From: an uncultured Myxococcales bacterium
GTDB lineage: Bacteria > Myxococcota_A > Polyangia > Palsa-1104 > JAEUJZ01
Assembly (NCBI GenBank): GCA_964554495.1
Contig: CAZKOY010000004.1
Coordinates: 18,128-82,127, forward strand
Direction: 5' to 3'
DNA: 64,000 nt
In this document: piece by piece, positions 63,493 through 64,000 of the stretch
How positions within the stretch are numbered: position 1 is the first letter of the stretch
Layout of the letters: each line of letters starts with the position of its first letter
Position numbers and translations under genes: made by a program
Notes under the pieces: generated by a model
What the model was told of the DNA's origin: nothing
Databases searched by the model: none
Seen by the model: only the letters and a program-made list of their open reading frames with translations

Positions 63493-64000
63493 TCAATGTA
63501 TCACGTTCGACGGGCGGGCTGGTGGCTGGGCCGGCGCTTCCCTCACCACATCCAGAAGCGCTGTGTCGGTCGACCACGTGCCCATGGCAACAGGTACGAA
63601 CTGACTGCGCAGCCGGCCACCACTTAGCGCCTCCAATAAGAGATCGCCCAGTGGATGCTGGCTGGCGCGCTGTCGCAGCGAGTCGCCGCGCGATGCCAAG
63701 TCTGCGGCCCGCAGCGTGCTCGCGTCTTGCACCAGTGCGCTGAAGTCGGTCGGCTCCAGCATCGCAATCGCCTTTAATGTCCAGCCGCCAAGCGGTGCCT
63801 CGGACTCAAAGACATACGGCAGAGCGATCAGGCATGGCTTCGCATCCGCGGCAATGCGGGCATCGCCGGGTCGATCTGCTCGTGGAAACAGGATGCCAAT
63901 GCGTCCATCCGGCCCCAGCTCCAGAACCGTCAAGTACACCGCCCCCGGTGACTCGTTGGTGACCTCGATCTGATACAGCTCGCGCTCGCGGAGCCGCAGG
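63493..64000 (-). CDS. DUF4384-like domain protein, C-terminal part (N-terminus beyond the right edge)
   Basis: The frame is open to the window edge (...LRLRERELYQIEVTNESPGAVYLTVLELGPDGRIGILFPR...), matching the DUF4384 pattern. It ends 6 nt before the kinase start. Confidence 0.6.
   Translation of the reverse strand, partial: LRLRERELYQIEVTNESPGAVYLTVLELGPDGRIGILFPRADRPGDARIAADAKPCLIALPYVFESEAPLGGWTLKAIAMLEPTDFSALVQDASTLRAADLASRGDSLRQRASQHPLGDLLLEALSGGRLRSQFVPVAMGTWSTDTALLDVVREAPAQPPARPSNVIH

Overview
Very GC-rich bacterial chromosomal segment. The gene content suggests Myxococcota, which is an inference: four Hanks-type Ser/Thr kinase genes, a DUF4388/J-like protein, an ECF sigma/FecR pair, FadL-like outer-membrane proteins and a CYP102-like P450. 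I call about 45 tightly packed CDS. One of them, a UvrD-like helicase at 1-1985 on the minus strand, is absent from the supplied ORF track. Reading by eye I found no rRNA, tRNA, CRISPR array, transposase or integrase. Most long antisense ORFs in the track are GC-driven shadow ORFs. The best candidate for an undescribed system is at the right end (57608-64000). A DUF4384-like gene is followed by two translationally coupled paralogous receptor kinases with the architecture lipobox, 7TMR-DISM-type sensor, 7 TM helices, GAF, HAMP-like segment, coiled coil, Hanks kinase. The first keeps all catalytic motifs; the second is a predicted pseudokinase (HRNLQPQS for HRDLKPxN). Immediately downstream are four helically phased GTTTCA repeats and a near-consensus sigma-54 promoter (TGGCATG-N4-TTGCT). 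These precede an MBL-hydrolase / OM barrel / self-sufficient P450 operon whose P450 has an extra N-terminal domain. Other points worth a second look: (1) a low-GC DUF3592 membrane-protein gene bracketed flush at its ATG and TAA by a 7-bp direct repeat; (2) a translationally coupled operon of dtd, two FadL-like OMPs, a lipoprotein and an S12-type serine hydrolase; (3) a glgA / LysR / radical-SAM-SPASM / PpsR-like string with no visible precursor peptide; (4) a class II photolyase fused to a degenerate FAD-oxidoreductase-like domain. All family assignments come from motif recognition by eye, with no database search run.
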